Below are positions 1 through 10,871 of a DNA stretch of 64,000 nt, in pieces (positions within the stretch are counted from its first letter, which is position 1; every line of letters begins with the position of its first letter). Location: the NCBI GenBank assembly GCA_000992345.1, contig LBUA01000001.1, positions 81,711 to 145,710 on the forward strand. Direction: 5' to 3'. Below the pieces are notes generated by a model. The model was not told the origin of the DNA. It saw only the letters and a program-made list of their open reading frames with translations, and did not search any database. This DNA is from Parcubacteria group bacterium GW2011_GWD2_38_12 (lineage in GTDB: Bacteria; Patescibacteriota; Minisyncoccia; GWC2-36-17). Position numbers and translations under genes: made by a program.

Positions 1-42
1 ATTGTTACTAGCGACTATTCAAAATAGTGAAAAGATGATAAG

Positions 43-501
43 ATGTTAAATATGATAACATTCCAAGGACCCAAATCACACATTCATTCAATTGCTCGCG
101 GTCTTCTTGTACACGGAGAAGAAATTATACTATGCCGAGTAAAGGATGCTAAGTGGTTTTTTCTTCCCGGGGGACACATCGAGGATGGAGAATCAGCAAG
201 AACAGCGCTTTTGAGAGAATTGCACGAAGAAATCGGTAATAGTAATTATAAAATCAATTCTTTTATCGGTGTATGCGAAAACATCTTTTCACTGGAAAAA
301 AATGTTTTACAACACGAAATAAACATTATATTTAAAGTTCATGTCCCTAATGAATTAAAAGTTAATACCAAAGAAGATCATATTGAATTTGTAAGTATTG
401 CTAAAAATAATTTAAAAGATTATAAGATTTTACCTATCGCACTTAAAGATGGCCTTATTGAATGGTTAGAGAATGAAAAGCCATTCTTGAAGGAAATTTA
501 A
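43..501 (+). CDS. NUDIX hydrolase
   Basis: Nudix box GGHIEDGESARTALLRELHEEIG. Confidence 0.9.
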   Translation: MLNMITFQGPKSHIHSIARGLLVHGEEIILCRVKDAKWFFLPGGHIEDGESARTALLRELHEEIGNSNYKINSFIGVCENIFSLEKNVLQHEINIIFKVHVPNELKVNTKEDHIEFVSIAKNNLKDYKILPIALKDGLIEWLENEKPFLKEI

Positions 502-508
502 ATATGCT

Positions 509-1552
509 ATGTTTATTTGCCTCGAAGGTATTGCCGGTAGTGGAAAGACCACACAAACAAAACTACTTGCTGATTACCTAAAAAATGTAAAGGGAAAAGA
601 TATTTTTATAAGTGCTGTTTATGAAGGAGAACGCCGTAGTGTGGTCTCCGATTTTATGAATGCTTCAGGAATCAAGCTTGATCAGAATGCGGTAATGTTT
701 TTATTTCAAGCATTGCATGCGGCACAGTATCATGAAGTTAAGAACGCACTCAGTATCAATAAAACTGTTATAGCAGATAGATGGCGCTATTCTTTTTTTG
801 CACATCATGTATATCAAGACACTTTTGGTAAAAATGAAAATCTTATGTTCCAACTTGATTTACTTGCATACAGATCGTTAGAACCAGATATTTGTTTCCT
901 TATCGATATTCCAGCAAAGATTGCATATAACCGATACATAGAACGAGAGCGATCTATTAACGATAATGGTCTTGATTTGAGAATGGAAATGCTTAAAAAT
1001 ATCGAAAATCAATTCAAGCAAGATCATCTCAATTTTTACGGCATACAAGCAAGCGCAAAAGATTTGCCGATTACTGATGAATCTGTTGATTTTGTTCATC
1101 AAAGATTTGTATTGATGCATTTGTCGCCAGAAGATCAGAAAAGAGATATTAAAGAGGTTTTAAGGGTGGCTAAAGACAAGGTTTTCTTGTTGGAATACGA
1201 TTGGGAGACATTGAGTAGTAGAGAAAATGAGGACATTTTGAAAGAATTTAGGGATTTATCATTTCAGTTAATGGGAAAATCCAAAATAGATCCTTTTATG
1301 GGAGCTAAATTAGAGATGTTATTAGGGGAGGTTGGGCAAGGCTTAGATACTGATATTAAGAAATTTTCAAGGGAAGAATCGGATTATACCGATGAGTTGA
1401 TTGACCTGTGCGTGATATCCAATAAGATGGCAACAAGCATCTTGAAGGACGAAGATTTAGCCAGTAAATTTAGTGCATTAAGAGATAAATTGAGTAATAG
1501 TCATATTAAATTTACTCCACCGAGTATTGTCGCGGTGACCGTGAGAAAATAA
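509..1552 (+). CDS. Chimeric ORF: N-terminal thymidylate kinase-like domain fused to a class I SAM methyltransferase C-terminal part
   Basis: P-loop LEGIAGSGKTTQ and IADRW (Tmk), then GLDLRMEML and DLPITDESVDFVHQRFVLMHL (MTase); MTase motif I is absent. Confidence 0.7.
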   Translation: MFICLEGIAGSGKTTQTKLLADYLKNVKGKDIFISAVYEGERRSVVSDFMNASGIKLDQNAVMFLFQALHAAQYHEVKNALSINKTVIADRWRYSFFAHHVYQDTFGKNENLMFQLDLLAYRSLEPDICFLIDIPAKIAYNRYIERERSINDNGLDLRMEMLKNIENQFKQDHLNFYGIQASAKDLPITDESVDFVHQRFVLMHLSPEDQKRDIKEVLRVAKDKVFLLEYDWETLSSRENEDILKEFRDLSFQLMGKSKIDPFMGAKLEMLLGEVGQGLDTDIKKFSREESDYTDELIDLCVISNKMATSILKDEDLASKFSALRDKLSNSHIKFTPPSIVAVTVRK

Positions 1553-1586
1553 TTTTAATAATCAGCTATAAAATATAAAATAAGTA

Positions 1587-2663
1587 ATGAAAGGCATAGA
1601 ACAAGTTTATAAACCAATAATAATAAAGGATAAAAACAAATTAAACAGTTTACTGGAAGGCAAGCCGGACTTGGTTTTTGTGGATGCGTTTTCAAAGCAA
1701 TTGAAAGAATTGTTTTTTATTGACAATACTAAGTATATTGGCGAAGATAAAGAGAGTATTTATGGTAGCGATGAATTCAAAAAATATGCGGATAGTAAAG
1801 ATGGGCAATATCAATATTTCTATTATCCGTGGAATGGGCATATTGTTAAATGTATAAATGGAGAAGATTATTTTAGACTTAAAACGAATCGCAATCAGGA
1901 TTTAATTACCGCCAGCGAACAAATTAAATTATATAACTATAAAGTTGCCGTGTTCGGAATGAGTGTTGGTAGTAATATTGCCTTTGTCTTAACACAAGCA
2001 GGAATTTCAAAAAGAATAACGATAGCAGATTTTGACGAATTAGACACAACTAATTTAAATCGAATTTTAGCGGGGGTTCATCAGATCGGAGTTAATAAAA
2101 CAATAGTTGCAGCTAGAAGAATATACGAGGATAATCCGTATGCTGAAGTGAAAATTTTGCCTGACGGGATATCTGAAGATAAGCTTGAAGAGATGCTAAA
2201 AAATAAAGAAATTGACTGTATTGTAGAAGAGATTGATGATATTCGCGTGAAATTACAAACACGCATTCTGGCCATTAAATACAAGATTCCAGTAGTAATG
2301 ATTACTGATAATGGCGATGATGTAGTGCTACATATAGAGCGTTATGATTTGGGACATAATAAAATTTTCGGGAAAGAAGTTGAGTCTTGGCAAGAAAGAA
2401 TAAATAATAAAACGCCATTTACTAAAATGGAGGCAGGACAAATTATAATAGGAGATATTGTTGGCGGTTCAGACAAGGTGGATCCCAAAATGATGGCTTC
2501 GGTAAAAAGAGTATTGAATAAAGAGCTTGTGTCGTGGTCTCAGCTTGGAAGTGCGGCATTGCTGGGAGGTGTGGTTTCTACAGTGGCTATAAAAAGAATT
2601 GTTTTGGGAGAAACGAGAGATTTGGATATTAGGGAATATATTGGTGTTCCGAAATTTAAATAA
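1587..2663 (+). CDS. ThiF/MoeB-family adenylyltransferase (Rv1355c-like)
   Basis: YYPW, TNRNQDLIT, VAVFGMSVGS and LDTTNLNR motifs. Confidence 0.85.
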   Translation: MKGIEQVYKPIIIKDKNKLNSLLEGKPDLVFVDAFSKQLKELFFIDNTKYIGEDKESIYGSDEFKKYADSKDGQYQYFYYPWNGHIVKCINGEDYFRLKTNRNQDLITASEQIKLYNYKVAVFGMSVGSNIAFVLTQAGISKRITIADFDELDTTNLNRILAGVHQIGVNKTIVAARRIYEDNPYAEVKILPDGISEDKLEEMLKNKEIDCIVEEIDDIRVKLQTRILAIKYKIPVVMITDNGDDVVLHIERYDLGHNKIFGKEVESWQERINNKTPFTKMEAGQIIIGDIVGGSDKVDPKMMASVKRVLNKELVSWSQLGSAALLGGVVSTVAIKRIVLGETRDLDIREYIGVPKFK

Positions 2664-2668
2664 ATTTT

Positions 2669-3724
2669 ATGATTGATTATTTGAATGAAAATAAGGATCT
2701 AATAGAAAAGTTGCCAGAATTTGATAACCATGAAGCAGTCAAGTATTTTGACGATCCCGTGTCTGGATTAAGAGGTTTTATTGCAATACATAGAAAAAAT
2801 CAATCTACGCCTTCTTTTGGGGCAACAAGGCTTTGGTCTTACTCAAATGATATTGACGCCCTCAAAGATGCTCTAGAGTTATCTAAAATGATGTCATATA
2901 AATCGGCTTTAGCCGGATTAAAATATGGTGGAGCAAAAGGAGTGATTATAGCGCCAAGAGGCAATTATGATAAAAACAACATTATGTCGGCGTATGCTGA
3001 TGTCGTAAACGAGATGAATGGGCAATTTATTACTGGCACTGATGTTGGATTGACATTGGCAGATATTAAATCAATTAAAGATAAATGCGATTATTTAGTA
3101 GGATTCAATGGCGACCCTACGGAATTTACGGTATTTGGATTATATTTTTCTATCAAATTATCTGTTAAGCGAATATTAAAAAAAGAATCACTGAGTGGAA
3201 TAAGTATTGCCATACAAGGAGTCGGAAAAATAGGAGGTGAATTGTTGAGGTTGATTTACGAAGATGCTGATAAAATATTTATTTCTGATACGGATAAATC
3301 ATTGACCGATTCAATGAAAAATAAATTTCCAAAAGTTGAAGTGGTAAGTCCCGATGAGATTCATAAGCAGGCTGTTGATATTTTTTCTCCTTGCGCCCTC
3401 GGACACTCATTAAATAATAAATCAGTTTCAGAGCTGAGATGCAAAATAGTAGCAGGAGGAGCGAACAATCAACTTGCTAGTGAAGATATTGGAGAGATAT
3501 TGCATAAAAATGGAATTTTGTATGCTCCTGACTATGTTGTTAATTTAGGAGGGTTGATTAGTGTAGTTGATGAATATGAAAATAGCGAATATGATGAACA
3601 ACGAATTTTAAAGAAGATTGAAAAAATCGGCGAAAATCTCGATAAAATTTTTGAGATAAGCGCAAATAATGATAAACCAACAAATATTGTCGCCAATGAA
3701 ATGGTTAAAAAAATAGTCGGATAA
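2669..3724 (+). CDS. Glu/Leu/Phe/Val dehydrogenase (leucine dehydrogenase-like)
   Basis: MSYKSALAGLKYGGAKGVI, IQGVGKIG, GGANNQL and YAPDYVVNLGG motifs. Confidence 0.9.
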   Translation: MIDYLNENKDLIEKLPEFDNHEAVKYFDDPVSGLRGFIAIHRKNQSTPSFGATRLWSYSNDIDALKDALELSKMMSYKSALAGLKYGGAKGVIIAPRGNYDKNNIMSAYADVVNEMNGQFITGTDVGLTLADIKSIKDKCDYLVGFNGDPTEFTVFGLYFSIKLSVKRILKKESLSGISIAIQGVGKIGGELLRLIYEDADKIFISDTDKSLTDSMKNKFPKVEVVSPDEIHKQAVDIFSPCALGHSLNNKSVSELRCKIVAGGANNQLASEDIGEILHKNGILYAPDYVVNLGGLISVVDEYENSEYDEQRILKKIEKIGENLDKIFEISANNDKPTNIVANEMVKKIVG

Positions 3725-3729
3725 TAAAT

Positions 3730-5253
3730 ATGGAAAAAATAAATTTTTTTAAATACCCAAAAAGCATAGAAAAAGAGATTTCTTTATTAAAATTTAAGCC
3801 ACCGTCATACTGGGAGAAAATTGGCGAAAAGAATGTGCTAGATATTTTTAAATATTCAGCAAAAACAGTGCCGGCTTATAAGAAATTTCTAAAAAAACAC
3901 AAAATTAACCCAAAAAATATAAAAATAATTGTAGATTTTAAAAAAATACCGCAAATCAGCAAGAAAAATTATATTAGAACCTCTGAGTTTATAGATCTTT
4001 TTCCCGATAGAGATATCTCTCACTTAACCACATTTTCTGCCACATCCGGATCTACCGGCGAGCCAACTTATTTTCCTCGCGGGGAGAATGGAGATAGTCA
4101 ATATGAATATATAGCGGAAATATTTTTGAGAAATCAGTTTGATATTTATAATAAAAAAACCCTCGGCATTGTAGGTTTTGGGTTGGGTATTTGGATTGGT
4201 GGCCTGTTTACTTATAAGAATTTTAATAAAATCGCGTCCAAAGGATGCCCCCTAGCGCTCATTCCCGTCGGACCAAACAAGGATCTCTATTTAAAATCAA
4301 TTTTGAAATTCGGGCACCTGTACGATCAAATTATTTTAATGGGATATGCTCCATTTATAAGAGATGTTATAGACGATGCTCCTACTTACGGTGTGGATTT
4401 TAAAAAATATAACATTAAGATTTTTACAGCTGCCGAAGGATATTCGGAAGAATTCAAAGATTATATTGCGGAAAAAACCGGAGTAAAAAATAAATTTACA
4501 GATATGGTAAATCTTTATGGCACGGTTGAATTGGGGACTATGGCCCACGAGACATCTTTTTCTAATTTAATTCGTGATATTGCTAATAAGAATATAGCCG
4601 TAAAAAAAGAATTATTTAAAGATAGATTGACATTGCCTACTTTAGCGCAATATTATCCGCATCTTACATATTTTGAAGAAATTAATGGTGAGGTTGTTGG
4701 ATCGGGAGCGTTTTCTATGCCTCTTTTAAGATATAGTTTTCCCGATGTAGGAGGGGTGATAAAATTTGACGAAATGATAGCCAAATTAAGATTGGTAGGG
4801 GTTGATGTAATAAAAGAGGCAAAAAAATACGGTATTGATAAAAAGATATTAAAACTTCCATTTGTCTATGTTTATGAGAGGGCGGATTTTACTATTGTGG
4901 TAAGGGGAGTAAATATTCATCCAGCGGAGATAAAGCATTCAATAGAAAATAAAGATTTTCAGGAGTATTTTACCGGGAAGTTTACATTAATTAAAAAATA
5001 TAATAAAAATTTTGATGAATATTTTGAAGTAAATATTGAAATGAAAAAAAATATTAAACCAAGCAAGGGGTTGAATAAAAAAATAAAGCAAGCCGTGGTA
5101 GAATATCTTAATAAGACAAATTCTGAATTTAATGATCAATATAGATCTGCGCCAAACAAAATAACTCCGAAAGTTATTTTTTGGTCATACCAGCATCATA
5201 GATACTTTCAATCAACCGCAAAACATAAATGGGCAGTGCATGATAATAAATAA
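3730..5253 (+). CDS. Phenylacetate-CoA ligase (PaaK)-like adenylate-forming enzyme
   Basis: TSGSTGEPT P-loop, YGTVE, PLLRY..PDVG and RADF..VRGVNIHP motifs. Confidence 0.85.
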   Translation: MEKINFFKYPKSIEKEISLLKFKPPSYWEKIGEKNVLDIFKYSAKTVPAYKKFLKKHKINPKNIKIIVDFKKIPQISKKNYIRTSEFIDLFPDRDISHLTTFSATSGSTGEPTYFPRGENGDSQYEYIAEIFLRNQFDIYNKKTLGIVGFGLGIWIGGLFTYKNFNKIASKGCPLALIPVGPNKDLYLKSILKFGHLYDQIILMGYAPFIRDVIDDAPTYGVDFKKYNIKIFTAAEGYSEEFKDYIAEKTGVKNKFTDMVNLYGTVELGTMAHETSFSNLIRDIANKNIAVKKELFKDRLTLPTLAQYYPHLTYFEEINGEVVGSGAFSMPLLRYSFPDVGGVIKFDEMIAKLRLVGVDVIKEAKKYGIDKKILKLPFVYVYERADFTIVVRGVNIHPAEIKHSIENKDFQEYFTGKFTLIKKYNKNFDEYFEVNIEMKKNIKPSKGLNKKIKQAVVEYLNKTNSEFNDQYRSAPNKITPKVIFWSYQHHRYFQSTAKHKWAVHDNK

Positions 5254-5256
5254 AAA

Positions 5257-6327
5257 ATGAACAAAGAAATAATCAATAAAATACTTGAAGTTGCAGTCAA
5301 TGCGCCATCTGGAGAAAATTCTCAGCCCTGGAGATTTGAAGTAAATAGCAATAAAATCCATATTTTTAATCTTCCAGAAAGAGATCGGTCGCTTTATAAT
5401 TTCGGACAAAAAGGATCTTTGGTTGCGCATGGAGCTTTGATTGAAAATATATTAATAACCGCTCCCATTTTTGGATATAATGCAGAAATAGATTTATTGC
5501 CGGATAATAAAGATTTTGACTTCATCGCCACCATTAGCCTTGTAGAATTATTGCCAGATCAGCAGAAAAATGAATCCCTTTATTCTTGTATTGTTAAAAG
5601 AGTAACGAATAGGAAGCCCTACAAAAATATACCCCTAAGCGATGAGCAGCTTAAAGATTTAAAAAATGTAGAAAATGAAATAGGGGAAGGTAGGGTTATC
5701 TTTGTTTATGATCCCGAAAAAATGAAAGATATTGCAAATTTATGCAGTGTCAACGAGCGAGTAATGTTTGAAAACAAACTCATTCACAATTTTTTCTTTG
5801 ATCATATTAATTGGACAGAAAAAGAAGAATTGGAAAAAAGATTGGGTTTTTATATAAAGACGCTTGAATTGCCATCCCCAGTCCAATTCGCATTAAAGTT
5901 GTTCAGGTATTGGCCAGCAATGAATCTGTTCAATAAATTGGGATTAAATAAAATTATAGCCAAGGGTAACGCGGTGAATTATGCCAATGCTTCGGCAATG
6001 GTTGCCTTTGCTGTAAAAAATAACACCTCTAGGGATTTTATCATTGCCGGAAGGTTAATGCAGAGGTTGTGGCTCAAGGTCACTAAGATGGGTCTAAGCG
6101 CTCAGCCTATGGCGGGGATGCTTTTTTTCATGCAAGCAATATCCGGTGGAGAAACTAGTAAATTTTCTTCATCACAAATTGAGCTAATAAAAAATGCTCA
6201 CGAAAACGTTAAAAAAACTTTTGACATTAACAATGAGATGCCTGTTATGATTTTCAGAGTCGGCTACGGCGGAGAGCCAAGCGCCAGATCGTCAAAAAAA
6301 CCTCCAGAAATTATCTTCAAGAATTGA
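5257..6327 (+). CDS. Nitroreductase-family (Acg/Rv1355c C-terminal-like) FMN-binding protein
   Basis: APSGENSQPWRF, RVTNRKPY, GRLMQRLWL and FRVGY motifs. Confidence 0.85.
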   Translation: MNKEIINKILEVAVNAPSGENSQPWRFEVNSNKIHIFNLPERDRSLYNFGQKGSLVAHGALIENILITAPIFGYNAEIDLLPDNKDFDFIATISLVELLPDQQKNESLYSCIVKRVTNRKPYKNIPLSDEQLKDLKNVENEIGEGRVIFVYDPEKMKDIANLCSVNERVMFENKLIHNFFFDHINWTEKEELEKRLGFYIKTLELPSPVQFALKLFRYWPAMNLFNKLGLNKIIAKGNAVNYANASAMVAFAVKNNTSRDFIIAGRLMQRLWLKVTKMGLSAQPMAGMLFFMQAISGGETSKFSSSQIELIKNAHENVKKTFDINNEMPVMIFRVGYGGEPSARSSKKPPEIIFKN

Positions 6328-6377
6328 GCGCGATTTATTAAACAATGAATTACGGGGGCTATTAAATAACAAAATAT

Positions 6378-6410
6378 AAAAAGACGGCTTGAAAACAGCC
6401 GTCTTTTTTT
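6378..6410 (+). terminator. Intrinsic terminator ending the ThiF operon
   Basis: AAAAAGACGGCT/AGCCGTCTTTTT hairpin with T-tract. Confidence 0.8.
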
Positions 6411-6456
6411 GTGCGTCATTTTTTGGTATAGTTTATGTATAATATGAATTAAAATT

Positions 6457-8103
6457 ATGATAATTTCTCCGGAAATCAGCTTTATTTCTGTAATGATAAT
6501 GATTGTTGCGATCGGTATTTTAGGTTTTTTGGTGTTTTTTAGTAATCGCAAAAGTGCAACAAATAAAGCTTTTTTGTTTTTTTCTACAATGACGATTGTT
6601 TGGAGTTTGTTTAATTATTTAAGTTACCAATTTAGTTCATCGAATTTTATTTTATGGACTCTGCGTTTAGTGATGTTTTCTGCGGTATGGCAAGTGTTCA
6701 GTATTTTTACTTTGTTTTATGTTGCACCACAAGAAAAAGTGATATTCCCCAGATTATATAAATTTTGCATTGTTCCCTTGGTAATTATTGTTTCTATTCT
6801 TACTTTAACGCCAGTTATTTTTAGGGGAATAAAAAAACTAGCTCCAGCTGGACAATCTTCAGTGATGGATATTGCTCCAGGAATAATATTTTTTGGTCTA
6901 TTGTCTATTGGGTTAACAGTAGTCGGATTTTTTATTTTAATTAAAAAAATCATCAATAGAAAAGGGGCTGAAAGAACCCAATTGGTATTTTTATTAATAG
7001 GAGCATTAATATTTTTTGTATTTCTCATCTTATTTAATTTTATATTGCCAGCATTTTTTGATAATCCTAGGTTCACTCCTTTAGGTGCAATATTTGCATT
7101 TCCGTTTATCGCCCTCACATCCTACGCGATTCTAAAGCACGGTCTTTTTAATGTAAAAGTCATTGCCACCGAATTACTGTCTTTTGCTATTTGGATCGCA
7201 GTATTGGCACAGTTTTTGATGGCCAATACACTCAATGATAGACTATTAAGCGGGGGCGTATTTGTTTTTGTGGTAATTTTTGGAATATTCCTTATTCGCA
7301 GCGTGAAGAAAGAAGTTTCGCAGCGTGAAGAATTAGAAGAGCTGACTCATGAATTAAAGCATGCCAATGAGGAGCTCAAGCAAATAGATAAAGTAAAATC
7401 GGAATTTATCTCTATTGTGTCTCATCAGCTACGCACTCCTTTATCTATTACCAAAGGATATGTATCAATGATTTTGGAAAATATTTATGGCGAGGTAAGT
7501 GATAAGATAAAAAATGTTTTGCAGAAAGTTTATGTATCAAACGAGGGATTGATTGCGCTTGTGAATAATTTGCTGGATTTATCGCGTATGGAGGCGGGCA
7601 CGATCAAATATGAGTTTACCAACGAATCTTTTGAAAAAATGGTTGATGAGATAGTAATGGAACTTGAGCTTGAGGCAAAACATAGAGACCTTTGGTTGCG
7701 CTGGAATAAACCGAAAAAGCCAATGCCCCTTATTAAAGCAGATGGTATAAAATTGAAACAAGTTATTGAAATTTTAATTGAAAACTCTTTGAAATACACC
7801 CCCAAAGGCGGAGTTGATGTTAGCTTAGGGAAAGATGGTGATGCGTTATTGTTTAAAGTCAAAGACACCGGCATAGGCGTAGATTCTAAAGAACTTGGTC
7901 ACTTATTCAATAAATTTGGCAGGGGATCGGAAGGAAGCAAAGTCAATGTTACCGGAGTTGGTCTTGGTCTTTATGCGGCCAAGCAAATTGTCCTTGCTCA
8001 TGGCGGTCAAATTTGGGTGGAATCCGAAGGTATTAAAAAAGGCAGTACTTTCTGCGTGAAGTTGCCCCTTGATTCTACTCAGGTCAAGCCGACGGTCACA
8101 TGA
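6457..8103 (+). CDS. Multi-TM membrane sensor histidine kinase (HisKA_7TM-like N-terminus)
   Basis: Many hydrophobic helices, H-box SHQLRTPL, N-box ENSLKYT, G-boxes DTGIG and GVGLGL. Confidence 0.9.
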   Translation: MIISPEISFISVMIMIVAIGILGFLVFFSNRKSATNKAFLFFSTMTIVWSLFNYLSYQFSSSNFILWTLRLVMFSAVWQVFSIFTLFYVAPQEKVIFPRLYKFCIVPLVIIVSILTLTPVIFRGIKKLAPAGQSSVMDIAPGIIFFGLLSIGLTVVGFFILIKKIINRKGAERTQLVFLLIGALIFFVFLILFNFILPAFFDNPRFTPLGAIFAFPFIALTSYAILKHGLFNVKVIATELLSFAIWIAVLAQFLMANTLNDRLLSGGVFVFVVIFGIFLIRSVKKEVSQREELEELTHELKHANEELKQIDKVKSEFISIVSHQLRTPLSITKGYVSMILENIYGEVSDKIKNVLQKVYVSNEGLIALVNNLLDLSRMEAGTIKYEFTNESFEKMVDEIVMELELEAKHRDLWLRWNKPKKPMPLIKADGIKLKQVIEILIENSLKYTPKGGVDVSLGKDGDALLFKVKDTGIGVDSKELGHLFNKFGRGSEGSKVNVTGVGLGLYAAKQIVLAHGGQIWVESEGIKKGSTFCVKLPLDSTQVKPTVT

Positions 8104-8167
8104 TAAATTGCTTCAATTTTATTATTTTGATAGTATAAAACTGGCTATTAGTGCCAGTTTTATTTTT

Positions 8168-9595
8168 ATGCTGAAATTTTATAACACTCTTACCAGGAAA
8201 AAACAGCTATTCAAGCCAATAAAAGATAGAAAAGTTTTGATGTATTCTTGCGGACCGACGGCGTATAACTATGTTCATATAGGTAATTTACGCGCCTATA
8301 TTTTTGTTGATATTTTGAAGCGTTATTTGCAATATTCCGGATACAGCGTGAAGCATGTTATGAATATCACTGACGTGGATGATAAAACCATCAGAGATAG
8401 CAGAAAAGCGGGAAAGTCTCTGAAAGAATTTACAAAATTTTATGAGAAAGAGTTTGTAAGTGATTTAAGATCTATGAATATTGAAATGCCCGATGTGATG
8501 CCAAGGGCTACGGATTATATTTTCGAAATGGTCAAAATAATAAAAAGGTTGGAGACGAAGGGTTTGGCATATAGATCCGACGGATCAATTTATTTTAAAA
8601 TATCTAAATCTAAAAATTACGGGCAACTGGCTGGACTGGAAAAACGGACATTAAGAGAAAATGCCAGCGGAAGATTGAGTATTGATGACGAATATAAAAA
8701 AGAAGATATCAATGATTTTGTTTTGTGGAAAGAGTGGCGTCCCGAAGACGGAGACGTGTATTGGGACACTGAGATTGGTCGTGGTCGTCCAGGTTGGCAT
8801 ATTGAGTGTTCGGCTATGTCGATAAAAAATCTAGGGGAGACATTTGATATTCATTGCGGCGGCGAAGATTTGATTTTCCCCCATCATACCAATGAAATTG
8901 CTCAGTCTGAAGGCGTAACCGGTAAAAAATTCGTGAATTATTGGCTGCATAACGCGCATTTGTTGGTGGATGGTCAAAAAATGTCCAAATCTCTCGGAAA
9001 TTTTTATACATTAAAAGACGTGATTAAAAAGGGGTATAACCCACTGTTTCTGAAGATAATTTTAATCAAGACTCATTATCGGCATATTTTGGATTTTAAT
9101 TTTAATAATTTTATTGAAGTTAAATCAATTGCCGAGAAATTAATAAATTTTCTTTTTAATTTGGATTTAATAGAAAATAACGGTAAAAATAAAGTGGATA
9201 TTGATAAATTAATCGGCAATTGCGAAAAGGAATTCAGGAAAGCGATGGATGACGATTTAAATATCAGCGAAGCGTTGGCAAAGATATTTAATTTTATAAA
9301 TGAGGTGAATAAATCCATTGATTCTATAAATTTTCAGCAGGCCGGTAAAATCAGGAAATTTATTTTAAAGATTGACGGGGTTTTGGGATTTATTGAGAAA
9401 ATTTACGATAATTATTTAATTAAATTGGGAAATAAAATAAAAGATACCGGGGTCGGGGAGTTGTTGAAAAAAAGAGAAGAGGCGAGAGGGAGCGGGGATT
9501 ATCGGGAGTCGGATATTTTGAGGGATAAAATTCAATCGCTAGGATTTTTATTGGAAGACACAAAAAGCGGTTCTGTGTTAAAATTAAAAGAGTGA
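8168..9595 (+). CDS. cysS: Cysteine--tRNA ligase
   Basis: YSCGPT, HIGN, GRPGWHIEC and KMSKS; ATG 8168 preferred over 8069. Confidence 0.97.
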   Translation: MLKFYNTLTRKKQLFKPIKDRKVLMYSCGPTAYNYVHIGNLRAYIFVDILKRYLQYSGYSVKHVMNITDVDDKTIRDSRKAGKSLKEFTKFYEKEFVSDLRSMNIEMPDVMPRATDYIFEMVKIIKRLETKGLAYRSDGSIYFKISKSKNYGQLAGLEKRTLRENASGRLSIDDEYKKEDINDFVLWKEWRPEDGDVYWDTEIGRGRPGWHIECSAMSIKNLGETFDIHCGGEDLIFPHHTNEIAQSEGVTGKKFVNYWLHNAHLLVDGQKMSKSLGNFYTLKDVIKKGYNPLFLKIILIKTHYRHILDFNFNNFIEVKSIAEKLINFLFNLDLIENNGKNKVDIDKLIGNCEKEFRKAMDDDLNISEALAKIFNFINEVNKSIDSINFQQAGKIRKFILKIDGVLGFIEKIYDNYLIKLGNKIKDTGVGELLKKREEARGSGDYRESDILRDKIQSLGFLLEDTKSGSVLKLKE

Positions 9596-9669
9596 TAAGG
9601 GTTTGTGGGTGCGAAAGAACATAGAATTGAAAATTTAGTTTAATAATATTTTCAAAGTAACTCGCATAA

Positions 9670-10698
<1,029 letters not shown>

Positions 10699-10704
10699 AA
10701 AAGT

Positions 10705-10744
10705 TAACAGAAAATCGCGGGAATGTCGCCGCGATTTTCTGTTA
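10705..10744 (+). terminator. Terminator hairpin after trpS
   Basis: TAACAGAAAATCGCGG/CCGCGATTTTCTGTTA inverted repeat. Confidence 0.7.
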
Positions 10745-10871
10745 CTGACTTTTAGTATTTATTATGTTAAAATATAAATAAATGCGAGTTTTTTATAGGT
10801 ATTTGGTGGTATATTATTTTAATTCCTAATTGTCATTTTGCATTTTGCATTTTGACTTTTACATTTTCACG

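Noticed and set aside
8069-8167. Extended N-termini in the ORF track (cysS, 10830 kinase, mgtE, tyrS, rpsP)
   Set aside because: The extensions overlap upstream genes, terminators or repeats; downstream starts match family N-termini.
10745-10772. dif-like site (TTATGTTAAA)
   Set aside because: No credible XerC arm; better read as the -10 region of the kinase promoter.
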